A stretch of DNA of 64,000 bases from Berkelbacteria bacterium GW2011_GWE1_39_12 (GTDB taxonomy: Bacteria > Patescibacteriota > UBA1384 > UBA12157): contig CP011213.1 in NCBI GenBank assembly GCA_001029735.1, positions 204,087-268,086 on the forward strand, given 5' to 3'. Positions 19,896 through 28,525 of the stretch are shown here, piece after piece. Under the pieces are notes generated by a model. It did not search any database. It saw only the letters and a list, made by a program, of their open reading frames with translations, and was not told where the DNA came from. How positions within the stretch are numbered: position 1 is the first letter of the stretch; each line of letters begins with the position of its first letter. The translations under genes were made by a program, and so were the position numbers.

Positions 19896-20662
19896 TTATA
19901 GAGATTGAACCACTGGTCAAGTGTTAAATCTTCTGCTCTGAGGGTCGGTTTAATTTCTGACAGCTCTAAAATTTTAATCGTTTCTTCTTTAGTCCAATGA
20001 AAGGTTGCAGAAAGCGAATTGTGAATTTGTCGACGCTTAGCAGCTAAACCAGCTTTCACGATTTTAAAGAACATCTGCTCGTCAACATTTCTTTTTTCAT
20101 TTTTTATTTTTAATTTAATAACAGAGCTATCAACGTTTGGCACCGGATAAAAATCTTTTCTCGGCACTTGCAGAACAATTTCCGCGTCAGCGTAAAACTC
20201 TACTATTATAGTCAGTAGTCCCCGCTCGGAATTGCCTGGCGCAGCACAGATTCTTTCTGCCACTTCTTTTTGAACCATCAAAACCATTGACTCTGGTTTT
20301 ATCTCGCCTTCAATAAATTTACGGATCAAAGGCGAAGTAATGTTGTAAGGAATGTTGGCGACAACTTTGAATTTACCGGTTTCAAACAAAGACAGGTCAA
20401 ACCACAAAGCGTCTTGATGAACTATTTTTAAATTTTTAGGCTCACCAATATTTCTCTTAAGAGTCGTAATTAAATCGTAATCTTTTTCCACCGCAAAGAT
20501 AGCCGCGCCAGTTTTGATCAACGCTTCGGTTAAAATGCCTGTTCCCGGACCGATTTCAATAATTTTATCGTCGGCTTTAATTTCCGCCGCTTCAATTATT
20601 TTGGTGACGACTTCGGGATTTTTTAAGAAATTCTGTCCTAATTGTTTTTTAATTTTAAACAT
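19874..20662 (-). CDS. rsmA: 16S rRNA (adenine1518/1519-N6)-dimethyltransferase
   Basis: LGQNFL and EIGPGTGILTEAL SAM-binding motifs. Confidence 0.9.
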   Translation of the reverse strand: MFKIKKQLGQNFLKNPEVVTKIIEAAEIKADDKIIEIGPGTGILTEALIKTGAAIFAVEKDYDLITTLKRNIGEPKNLKIVHQDALWFDLSLFETGKFKVVANIPYNITSPLIRKFIEGEIKPESMVLMVQKEVAERICAAPGNSERGLLTIIVEFYADAEIVLQVPRKDFYPVPNVDSSVIKLKIKNEKRNVDEQMFFKIVKAGLAAKRRQIHNSLSATFHWTKEETIKILELSEIKPTLRAEDLTLDQWFNLYNCIAKKS

Positions 20663-20706
20663 AAAATTTTGTACTCAAACTAGTTTAAACATATTATTCC
20701 GATCAA

Positions 20707-21687
20707 TTATTTATCTGCGCATCCTGCGTATGGTGGCCATCGACGTGATTGGCCATGAGTTAATTCGTAAGCCGTCGTATAAATTTGAGCAGTGGCATCA
20801 TAAATACTGGCGCCGCTATAACCGGCTTTCGCTGAAGCCGAGACCCAGTATCCTTCTTCATATTGAAACAAACCCCTGTATTGAGCATCTGGATACCCTG
20901 TATCAGCGCCGCCGCCCGACTCCTTCAACATTAAACACATGAGCGCCGTACCATTGATTAAATATTTTTTTGCTGCTGCATTAATTGTGTCTTTGTAAGG
21001 ACCAGATTTGGCCAAACGCGGCCCGATACCGATAATTTGAACTTCCGTAACCGGCTCTTGTGTCACTGTAATACTCTTTACCACTCGCGAAACTTCCTCA
21101 CCGTCAATGCGCTTTACTATATATAGTACGTCTTTCGAACCTTTAACGCCTTTTGTCTCGATTCGTGTTTGGCCTTTTTCCAAATCCACAGAATTTTTCT
21201 TTGTCACTTTATAATCAATTGATTCTTTTTCCGTTACTTCTACTTCCGCCACTCGCGTAATTGTAATATCTAAAGCATAAGATATTGGGGTTGTTTCGAT
21301 CGGCGTGATACTATCTTTACCCAGTAACTCGATTTTCTTTTCAGTTAACAGATCAGCAATATTTGTCTGCCATGTGCGATAGGTGTATGACTTTTTGGCG
21401 TCCACCACTAGAACTGGAGTCGCCCGAGTAACGGTAATTTTACTGCCAACTCCCAGTGAAGGATCGGGAAAGGCTTCAATTTTATCTTCCGGATAAACCG
21501 TTAAATCGGAAGCCGAGATCATATCTTGGAGATTCGTTAAATTGGCTCCGGCATAAAAAACCTCAACTGGATGATTTGGGTCAGCTTTAACATCATTAGT
21601 TCCGGCAACTTGTTGAAACGGATGGAAAACCATCCAGAAAACAAAAAGTATGGGTAAAATATTTACTCCCATTAAGCTTCCTTGCAA
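20707..21687 (-). CDS. secreted DUF348/G5-like protein with C-terminal SLT-type lytic transglycosylase-like domain (YabE/RpfB-like)
   Basis: Signal peptide, a G5-like segment, and C-terminal ...KESGGG...GLFQYEEGYW resembling the SLT catalytic E and GLMQ motif. Confidence 0.45.
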   Translation of the reverse strand: MQGSLMGVNILPILFVFWMVFHPFQQVAGTNDVKADPNHPVEVFYAGANLTNLQDMISASDLTVYPEDKIEAFPDPSLGVGSKITVTRATPVLVVDAKKSYTYRTWQTNIADLLTEKKIELLGKDSITPIETTPISYALDITITRVAEVEVTEKESIDYKVTKKNSVDLEKGQTRIETKGVKGSKDVLYIVKRIDGEEVSRVVKSITVTQEPVTEVQIIGIGPRLAKSGPYKDTINAAAKKYLINGTALMCLMLKESGGGADTGYPDAQYRGLFQYEEGYWVSASAKAGYSGASIYDATAQIYTTAYELTHGQSRRWPPYAGCADK

Positions 21688-21906
21688 TCAGTTTGCCAAG
21701 TATTAGTAAAGGAAAAGCTTGTTTTAAAAAGCAAATCTTGCTTAGCAAGAAAGGCTTTCATTCCTGCGGCAAGCCGACAGGATATTCAACCTCTTGAAAA
21801 TAAAGTAGCTACTTATGATTCTAACAGAATAAAGTAAAATTTCAATCGACAATCCGAGAATACAAAAAACACGGTTTCCCGTGTCTTTTGTATTGTATTT
21901 TTGATT

Positions 21907-22623
21907 TTAAAACTTAAAATCGATGATTGACCCAGGCAAACTCAAAAGTTTAACATCATAAGCTGCCCCGTATTTAGCGATTGGTTTCTGAGTATTATCA
22001 TTAAAAGCTGCGCTTACATTATAATTTCCACCGCCTGCCAAGCATGAAAATTTGTAGTACCCATTTGCATCCGGGGACATGCTAGCCACCGTGATATTAT
22101 TGGTTTTTAAGGAAATCTTTGGACTGGCGTTAAGAGTAGACTTAACCGGAGGCTTGCCGTTCACTGTCATCTGACCTTTAATATAAGGCAATGAAATAAG
22201 TTTTAAAGTTTTTATTGTTTCAGTCCTTCCGGCATTTAAAAAAACTTCAGGAGAACCAGCGCCGCCGCCTACTGCACAATCGGAAGACATATAGACCATA
22301 ACCCGATATGTTGCCGGCGTTGCCACATTACTAAATGTATAACTACCTTTTGTTTTAATATTCCCTGAGCCAGCATAACCACCGCCCACTTGTTTTTTCA
22401 ACAGAAAGACAGTGTAGTCATGCGAGAGGCCGTCATTGCTTGTTACATTTCCAGTTATCGTACCAACCCCCATCTTATTAGAAGGTCTACTGCCTCCGTC
22501 CCGATTGGCAGCAAAAGTAGACAGGGTTCCATTAAGTATAGCGTTAGTTGCAAATCCGGCACCAACGAGTATTAGTACAACGAAGATAGATAACAAGATT
22601 TTTGCTCTTTTGCTCTTGAACAT
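21907..22623 (-). CDS. secreted protein with carboxypeptidase-regulatory-like beta-sandwich repeats
   Basis: Signal peptide and Gly/Ser-rich Ig-like repeats. A minus-strand terminator follows at about 21862-21886. Confidence 0.3.
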   Translation of the reverse strand: MFKSKRAKILLSIFVVLILVGAGFATNAILNGTLSTFAANRDGGSRPSNKMGVGTITGNVTSNDGLSHDYTVFLLKKQVGGGYAGSGNIKTKGSYTFSNVATPATYRVMVYMSSDCAVGGGAGSPEVFLNAGRTETIKTLKLISLPYIKGQMTVNGKPPVKSTLNASPKISLKTNNITVASMSPDANGYYKFSCLAGGGNYNVSAAFNDNTQKPIAKYGAAYDVKLLSLPGSIIDFKF

Positions 22624-22728
22624 TTTATGCCCTCCTACTTAAATTTACTTATCTCTAGAATAACTTTTCTAACAAATTAAATCAATTTTTTTAATTCTTT
22701 CGATCAACCACTCGGGATTTCACCACAC

Positions 22729-24588
22729 TCATATTCTTTCGATAAGGTACTCTGGTATTTCGCTTAAAAATCGCGAGGGCATGTTGGCGGATGTCGTACC
22801 AAAAATCATGCGGCAACGAGCGTGAGTCATATATAATCTTTTCTGTGCGCGCGTCATGCCGACATAGCAAAGGCGGCGTTCCTCTTCGACTTCGTTTGGA
22901 TCGGCCAAGCAATTGGAATGGGGGAACAAACCTTCCTCCATTCCGACCATAAAAACAATCGGAAACTCGAGTCCTTTAGCATTATGCAAGGTCATCAGTG
23001 TCACAGCTTCAGCGTCTTTATTATAATTATCAACATCGGAAACCAGCGCTACATTTTCCAAAAATTCTTCCAAGGATTCAGACTTTTGCGCTACCGATTT
23101 TAATTCCTCAATATTTTCCCAACGGCTCTCCCCTTCTTCAGTTCCATCTAAAATATAATTTTTGTAACCTGATTCGCGAGTGACTTCATCGATTAATTCA
23201 TCAATTTTTTTTTCTTTTGCCGCATTACGGAAATTTTCCATCATTTGCATGAAGACTTTAATTTTCGGATTTTCTAAATCAAACGCAGCCGCCGTTTTTT
23301 CCCCTATCCCACGAGTTGGGGTATTAATAATGCGACGCAAAGAGACTTTGTCCGATTCGTTATGGATCACTTTTAAATAAGCCAAAATATCTTTGATTTC
23401 TCTTCGGTCATAAAAACGCAAAGCGCCAATCAAGCGATAGGGAATTCGGTTTTGTAAAAAAAACTCTTCAATAATACGTGATTGGGCATTGGTTCTATAG
23501 AGGATCGTAAAATCGTTTAGTGAATTCATGTGTGAAAAAGCCACAATTTCATTTTTCACAAATTCAATTTCGTCGAGTTCGTTGTTTGCTTCATAAACAG
23601 AGGCTGGCATCCCCTCTTCGTTTTCAGTCCAAAGTTTCTTTTCACTTCTTAAAGTGTTTCGCTCAATCACACTTTGGGCCGCTTCCAAAATATTTTTAGT
23701 CGACCGATAGTTCTGTTCCATTTTAATCACCACGGCTTCCGGATAATCTTTTTCAAAATCTAAAATATTTTTAAAATTAGCGCCTCGAAAACCATAAATC
23801 GCCTGAAAGTCGTCGCCCACCACACAAATATTTTTGTATTTTTCTGAAAGCAAATTGACCAAACGATATTGGACCGTATTAGTATCTTGATACTCATCGA
23901 TTAAAATATAACGAAATAATTCCTGATACCGTTTTAAAATTTCGGGGAACTTTGTAAATAACTCGACGGTTTTAACTAGTAAATCATCGAAATCCAAGGC
24001 ATTAGCGTTCTTCAATTCTTTTTGGTATTGGATATAGACTCGGACTACTACTTCGCCAAAATGACCCTTGGAATATTTGGCATATTCTTTAGGATTCATA
24101 AGTTCATTTTTAGCGCCGGAAATAAAATTCTTGATAGTTTTTGGACTATACTGTTTTTTATCAATATTCAATTCATCCATCGCATTTTTAATGGCCGCCA
24201 AAGATTCGTCGGAATCATAGATTACAAAGCTTCGTCTGAATTCGATATTGTGAATTTCTTGGCGCAAAATCTTGCAGCAAATGGAGTGAAACGTCCCCAT
24301 CCAAGGAAGCAATGAAACAACTTGTCTGTAGGAGTTAACCGGCGCTTTTTCCCCCAATAAATGATTGATACGTTTTTTCATCTCCTCGGAGGCTTTATTA
24401 GTAAAAGTGACCGCCAAAATATTTTGAGGATGAACATTTTTCTCACGGATTAAATAGGCGATTCGATGCGTCAAAACTTTGGTTTTACCAGAGCCCGCAC
24501 CAGCCAATATCAAAACCGGCCCTTCGGTTTGAAGCACAGCTTTTTTCTGATCGACATTGAGCCCAGTTAAAATATTTTCATTTTCCAT
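22729..24588 (-). CDS. pcrA: ATP-dependent DNA helicase PcrA/UvrD
   Basis: Walker A LAGAGSGKTKVLTHRIAYLI and UvrD helicase motifs. Confidence 0.9.
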   Translation of the reverse strand: MENENILTGLNVDQKKAVLQTEGPVLILAGAGSGKTKVLTHRIAYLIREKNVHPQNILAVTFTNKASEEMKKRINHLLGEKAPVNSYRQVVSLLPWMGTFHSICCKILRQEIHNIEFRRSFVIYDSDESLAAIKNAMDELNIDKKQYSPKTIKNFISGAKNELMNPKEYAKYSKGHFGEVVVRVYIQYQKELKNANALDFDDLLVKTVELFTKFPEILKRYQELFRYILIDEYQDTNTVQYRLVNLLSEKYKNICVVGDDFQAIYGFRGANFKNILDFEKDYPEAVVIKMEQNYRSTKNILEAAQSVIERNTLRSEKKLWTENEEGMPASVYEANNELDEIEFVKNEIVAFSHMNSLNDFTILYRTNAQSRIIEEFFLQNRIPYRLIGALRFYDRREIKDILAYLKVIHNESDKVSLRRIINTPTRGIGEKTAAAFDLENPKIKVFMQMMENFRNAAKEKKIDELIDEVTRESGYKNYILDGTEEGESRWENIEELKSVAQKSESLEEFLENVALVSDVDNYNKDAEAVTLMTLHNAKGLEFPIVFMVGMEEGLFPHSNCLADPNEVEEERRLCYVGMTRAQKRLYMTHARCRMIFGTTSANMPSRFLSEIPEYLIERI

Positions 24589-24818
24589 TGCAAAGGCATT
24601 GTATCAAAATTTGAGGAAAGGAAAAAGCTCGCTCGGCGGTCTAAAGAATGAGACTCCCCGGACTCCGCTTCGCTCCAGCCGGGTTTCTTTAGGGAGCTGC
24701 AAGCACAGCTTACAGTTTATCAAAATGCGAGCATTTTGAGCGGAAGCCATTCATCCCCGCATTCCAGCGGGCTAAAAAAACCAGACGACGCCCGCTTACA
24801 TACGGGGTTTCCTGGCTT

Positions 24819-24842
24819 TGAAAAACCCGGATTTCTCCGGGA
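24819..24842 (-). terminator. rho-independent terminator after ORF 24859-25824
   Basis: Minus strand CCCGGAGAAATCCGGG followed by TTTTTCAAAG. Confidence 0.7.
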
Positions 24843-24858
24843 TAAAATAGATTATTCC

Positions 24859-25824
24859 TTATAGATCGAGCCCGACCTGTTGGGCTCTGAATATCTGGCC
24901 TCTTAGACTTGCGAGTTCCTCATTGAGTCCAATGCTTGCTTCCTCAAGTTCGGTCCTAGCCGTCTTGATTCTTACCGGGATCGTGACGTACTCGTCCCCA
25001 CCAGCTGAGCTTATGAACGCGAGCTCAATGGCTTCAATTTGTTGTCTTCTCTCTTCGGCCCGTCGTCGATATCCTTCCACACCCTGCCTAGCCCAACCGC
25101 GTTCGCTCTCAAGTTGCTCGTTAACCGCTGGCCACTCACTCGTATCTATCCCTAACATCTTTCCAAGATGATAAAGGTTTAGAATGTTGGCAGTGCCATC
25201 ACGCTCTAGCAATCTTCGAACTACGGCAGAATTGCCGATAAAAATCGCGCATTCATTACCATCGGGTCGTCGATTATCCGTCTCGGTTCGCATCCGCTCC
25301 AGCCACGTCAGGTAATTGAATAGGTCAGTATGCGTCAGTCTGATATGTGAGTATTTCTCGACACCGTTCATCTTGACGGCAGGTCCTACCAAATTCATCA
25401 AACCGTCTGAATTGTAGAGAACCGGCTTTTCCGAAGTGATCACCGAGAGGATTGAAGGCAATGTACTTGATGCCGGATGCTCGATAAAGAGAAACTGTCC
25501 GATATGTCGGCGGATTCTCCGCAGTAAGCGCGGAATCTTGGCCATTGCCTCTTCACGTTTACCAATGAAAGTTGCAACGCAAAAGTCGATGATTGGTCCG
25601 CCCAAAGTGGCTCGGCCTTCTTTGATTTCCCGTGATAGCGTCTGCATCCGGCTGCGTATTTCAGCAAGCTCTCTCACAAGTTGCTTGCTTTCGGTCTCAG
25701 CCCCACTTAGACAATCTTCCAAAACCATAAGATCTTTACGTCTGTTTATACGCATCTTCCAACCCCCAGATTTTTCACGTTCGACAATCAATATATTATT
25801 AACATATTCTAATCTGACCGTCAA
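24859..25824 (-). CDS. hypothetical R/E-rich protein in GC-richer island
   Basis: 321 aa with no recognisable motif. Codon and GC composition is distinct from the neighbouring genes. Flanked by rho-independent terminators on both sides. Confidence 0.3.
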   Translation of the reverse strand: MTVRLEYVNNILIVEREKSGGWKMRINRRKDLMVLEDCLSGAETESKQLVRELAEIRSRMQTLSREIKEGRATLGGPIIDFCVATFIGKREEAMAKIPRLLRRIRRHIGQFLFIEHPASSTLPSILSVITSEKPVLYNSDGLMNLVGPAVKMNGVEKYSHIRLTHTDLFNYLTWLERMRTETDNRRPDGNECAIFIGNSAVVRRLLERDGTANILNLYHLGKMLGIDTSEWPAVNEQLESERGWARQGVEGYRRRAEERRQQIEAIELAFISSAGGDEYVTIPVRIKTARTELEEASIGLNEELASLRGQIFRAQQVGLDL

Positions 25825-25844
25825 TCATATAATTGAAACTTTTT

Positions 25845-25871
25845 ACAAAAAAGGCGCGCAACTGCGCGCCG
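25845..25871 (-). terminator. rho-independent terminator ending a non-coding minus-strand transcript
   Basis: Minus strand GGCGCGCAGTTGCGCGCC followed by TTTTTTG. It lies upstream of the start of 24859-25824. Confidence 0.75.
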
Positions 25872-26211
25872 CTACAACAAGAATATTATAGTAAATTAAA
25901 AGGCGCGATCGAGATGCGGTCCATTAATTTTAATTATAAACCGATCGTCGCGCCCCTATGATGTGGGCAAAGTATTTGGCTTTGTCCCTATCACAGATTT
26001 TCATCTTCAATAAGGACCACCTAACTAAACCCGTTCTCCTACTATATATAAATACGGTAAGAGGAAAAGCTCGAGGTCCCTCCTTGAACTTTTCTCCTCA
26101 CCGTCTATTCCCTTCCTTTTTTAAAGATCTATCAATTCATCAATTCCATGATTATAATTTGTGAAGCAAATTTCCGCATTGATACTTAATTTATTAAGTA
26201 TCAATTATACT
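25872..26211 (-). ncRNA. candidate approximately 340-nt non-coding transcript (or micro-ORF RNA) between the sigma-factor gene and ORF 24859-25824
   Basis: Bounded by a promoter and a strong terminator. No ORF over 25 codons on the minus strand. Internal stems such as GGCGCGA...TCGCGCC. Family not identified. Confidence 0.35.
26179..26204. promoter_or_regulatory. perfect 12-bp inverted repeat TTGATACTTAAT-tt-ATTAAGTATCAA (operator-like)
   Basis: Read directly from the sequence. Sits between the promoter and the motif element. Confidence 0.6.
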
Positions 26212-26240
26212 ATTGTACAGCATTTTGACGAGCTTGTCAA
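26212..26240 (-). promoter_or_regulatory. sigma-70-like promoter TTGACA-17 nt-TACAAT for the non-coding transcript
   Basis: Minus strand TTGACAagctcgtcaaaatgctgTACAAT. Downstream are the IR operator 26179-26204 and a CGCGGAAATTTG-type element. Confidence 0.55.
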
Positions 26241-26245
26241 GCCAC

Positions 26246-26277
26246 CTTAATAAAAATACCGCGTAAAACACGGTATT
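26246..26277 (-). terminator. rho-independent terminator of the sigma-factor gene
   Basis: Minus strand ATACCGTG-TTTTA-CGCGGTAT followed by TTTTATT, directly after the stop. Confidence 0.65.
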
Positions 26278-26279
26278 GA

Positions 26280-26960
26280 TTATGCAGCTAGCACCATTTC
26301 AGACTCGTTAGAGTCTAAGAGATGTTCAAAATTTTGACGCAGAAATTTATCACGTCTCAATTTGTCCAACATCTTGACCTCACGTTTTGAAATAGCCGCT
26401 CTGGTGATATTTTCGTGCTTGCCGATAGCCGTCTGTGTCATCGGCTCATTATCATCGAAACCAAAACGAAGATAAAGATATTCTCGTTCTTTAGACTCAA
26501 GCCTCATTAAAGCTTCAGAAATTATAGTTCGAATCACGTCATTATCTAAAACATCAAGCTCAAACGCCTCAGGTTCGATCTCAACGTCTGAGAATGGATC
26601 ATCGAGTGAAGGCAAATCCGATTCACGACAGTCGTGGGCATGGATCTTTAACTCTGCCATCATCTTCCAGGTTGCCCAAGTGGAAAATCTTAAGTTCTTA
26701 TTAAGGTCGAAGTCTTCGATCGCTTTTAGTATACCCAACCGAGCAGCCTGGCAAATATCTCCAAATGACATACCTATCCTTGGAGATCTCGCAGCAAAGT
26801 TGACTACCAAACCTTCATTGCAATCCAGAAAAATGGCTGCAGCTTCCTGATCGCCTCCCCGGATTCGGAGTATCAAATTTCTTTCCTGCTCTCGAGATAA
26901 TAACGGACGACGAGCTGACCTAATGCGGCCGATAGAAGTGAAATCGTCGTTTCGAAACAA
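26280..26960 (-). CDS. sigma-70 family alternative sigma factor (group 3/4-like), TTG start
   Basis: Region 2 (DICQAARLGILKAIEDFDLNKNLRFSTWATWKMMAEL) and region 4 (YLYLRFGFDDNEPMTQTAIGKHENITRAAISKREVKMLDKLR). RBS AGGAGGTGA lies upstream of the TTG. GC-richer than background. Confidence 0.7.
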   Translation of the reverse strand: MFRNDDFTSIGRIRSARRPLLSREQERNLILRIRGGDQEAAAIFLDCNEGLVVNFAARSPRIGMSFGDICQAARLGILKAIEDFDLNKNLRFSTWATWKMMAELKIHAHDCRESDLPSLDDPFSDVEIEPEAFELDVLDNDVIRTIISEALMRLESKEREYLYLRFGFDDNEPMTQTAIGKHENITRAAISKREVKMLDKLRRDKFLRQNFEHLLDSNESEMVLAA

Positions 26961-27058
26961 TTAACTCACCTCCTAAAAAACCAAAACTATTGTATATCAA
27001 TTAACAATTTCAATCAAGAGGACCTCGCGTTTTGCCTGATGTCGTCAGCTAGCGCAAG

Positions 27059-27220
27059 TTTATTCGCTGGACTGCAGCTTTTTGTCCAGCGTCATAAAAT
27101 TAAAAATACAATTTATGACCTTACTCCGAAGACTGAAGTTTCTTGTCCAGCGTCATAAAATAATCACTAATTCATGACCTATTCAGATGATTGAAGTTTT
27201 TTATCTAAGGTCATGAATTT
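27059..27220 (-). repeat. three tandem copies of the dnaB terminal segment FMTLDKKLQSSE-stop with only synonymous differences
   Basis: Minus-strand copies: ATGACCTTAGATAAAAAACTTCAATCATCTGAATAG (in dnaB), ATGACGCTGGACAAGAAACTTCAGTCTTCGGAGTAA, ATGACGCTGGACAAAAAGCTGCAGTCCAGCGAATAA. Period is about 58-61 nt. Confidence 0.85.
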
Positions 27221-28525
27221 CATATACTCTGGTTTCCAGAAGAGACCAATGTCGCCGGTTGGACCGTTACGATGTTTTTTAATTAAAAGTTCGGCAATAT
27301 TTTGATTTTCGGTTTCTTTATCATAGTAATCGTCGCGATATAGAAACATAACAATATCAGCATCTTGTTCAATAGAACCTGATTCACGCAAATCGGAAAG
27401 CATCGGGCGTTTGTTATCTCGGTGCTCCACTCCGCGAGAAAGTTGAGATAAAGCCATCACTGGCACATTTAATTCACGAGCTAAGGATTTTAGATTACGG
27501 GATATTTCTGAAACTTCCTGCACGCGGCTATCGGATTGTTTGGAAGTGCCTTGTAATAGCTGCAGGTAATCGATGACGATTAAGCCCAAGCCATGATCGG
27601 CTTGAAGACGGCGGCACTTGGTGCGAATTTCCATTACGTTCACAATCGGTGAATCATCGATAAAAATTGGCGCTTCGGAAAGTACTCCCATCGCGTAGTT
27701 TAATTTGCCGAAATCTTCATCGTCCAAATTGCCGGTTCTCAGTTTCCACGAATCCACTGAGCCACGGCTGCAAAGCAAACGATCAATCACCTGTTCTTTA
27801 CTCATTTCAAGGGAAAAAATTCCGACTGGCACTTTTTCGTCACAAGCCACGTGGTCAGCAATGTTTAGAGCAAACGATGATTTTCCCAAGGAAGGACGTG
27901 CGGCCAAAATAATCAAATCGGATTGCTGCAAACCAGCCGTCAAATTATCCAAATCTCGCAATCCTGTCGGAACGCCGCGTAATGTCCCTTTGTCACGATG
28001 CAGTTTATCGATACGCTCAAAACTATCGGACAAAATATCTTTGATCGATGTAAAGTATTGTTTGATATAATTTTGTGAAACGCCAAAAAGTGAACTTTCC
28101 GCTTGATCCAAAATTGATTCAATTTCCGTCGTCTCGTCGTACCCTAATTGGGCGATGGTGGTGGCGGCGGAAATTAAGCGTCGTAGTGTCGCCTTTTGCT
28201 GAATAATTTGGGCATAGGTCACAATGTTGGCTGCTGTCGGCACAGAATTCACTAGCGTCGCCAAATAAGATGCGCCGCCAATTTCTTTTAACCTTTTATC
28301 TTTCTCTAAAAGATCAGTTAAAGTAACAACATCGATCGGCTGGCGTTTTTCATAAAGTTTTAAAATCGCTCGATAAATATCGCCGTGATCGGATCGATAA
28401 AAATCGTCCGGCTTTAAAAAATCCGCAATCTTTAAGAGAGCATCTTTATCCAACAAAAGAGAACCGAGAACTGATTGCTCGGCTTCAACATTTTGGGGCG
28501 GAATTTTTGCTATATCATTTGCCAT
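27179..28525 (-). CDS. dnaB: replicative DNA helicase DnaB
   Basis: DnaB N-domain, Walker A GKSSFALN and the C-terminal RNGPTGDIGLFW region. The 3' end is followed by two further copies of the last 12 codons. Confidence 0.9.
   Translation of the reverse strand: MANDIAKIPPQNVEAEQSVLGSLLLDKDALLKIADFLKPDDFYRSDHGDIYRAILKLYEKRQPIDVVTLTDLLEKDKRLKEIGGASYLATLVNSVPTAANIVTYAQIIQQKATLRRLISAATTIAQLGYDETTEIESILDQAESSLFGVSQNYIKQYFTSIKDILSDSFERIDKLHRDKGTLRGVPTGLRDLDNLTAGLQQSDLIILAARPSLGKSSFALNIADHVACDEKVPVGIFSLEMSKEQVIDRLLCSRGSVDSWKLRTGNLDDEDFGKLNYAMGVLSEAPIFIDDSPIVNVMEIRTKCRRLQADHGLGLIVIDYLQLLQGTSKQSDSRVQEVSEISRNLKSLARELNVPVMALSQLSRGVEHRDNKRPMLSDLRESGSIEQDADIVMFLYRDDYYDKETENQNIAELLIKKHRNGPTGDIGLFWKPEYMKFMTLDKKLQSSE

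Noticed and set aside
21688-21906. Possible ydaO/c-di-AMP-type riboswitch upstream of the transglycosylase gene 20707-21687
   Set aside because: The long leader has some palindromes (CTTGCT-a-AGCAAG) but none of the conserved purine-rich cores expected for that riboswitch. Only the downstream terminator of the upstream gene is convincing.
24589-24858. RNase P RNA, SRP RNA or tmRNA in the structured GC-rich spacer
   Set aside because: P4-like GGAGTCCGGG and GAAACCCGGC strings occur but in the wrong order and orientation. The length of 270 nt is too short for RNase P. There is no tRNA-like 3' end or tag reading frame for tmRNA.
27059-27220. Three approximately 60-nt-period repeats considered as a mini CRISPR array
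   Set aside because: There are only three units and no cas genes. The units are not identical at DNA level but encode the same peptide as the dnaB C-terminus, so CRISPR does not fit.
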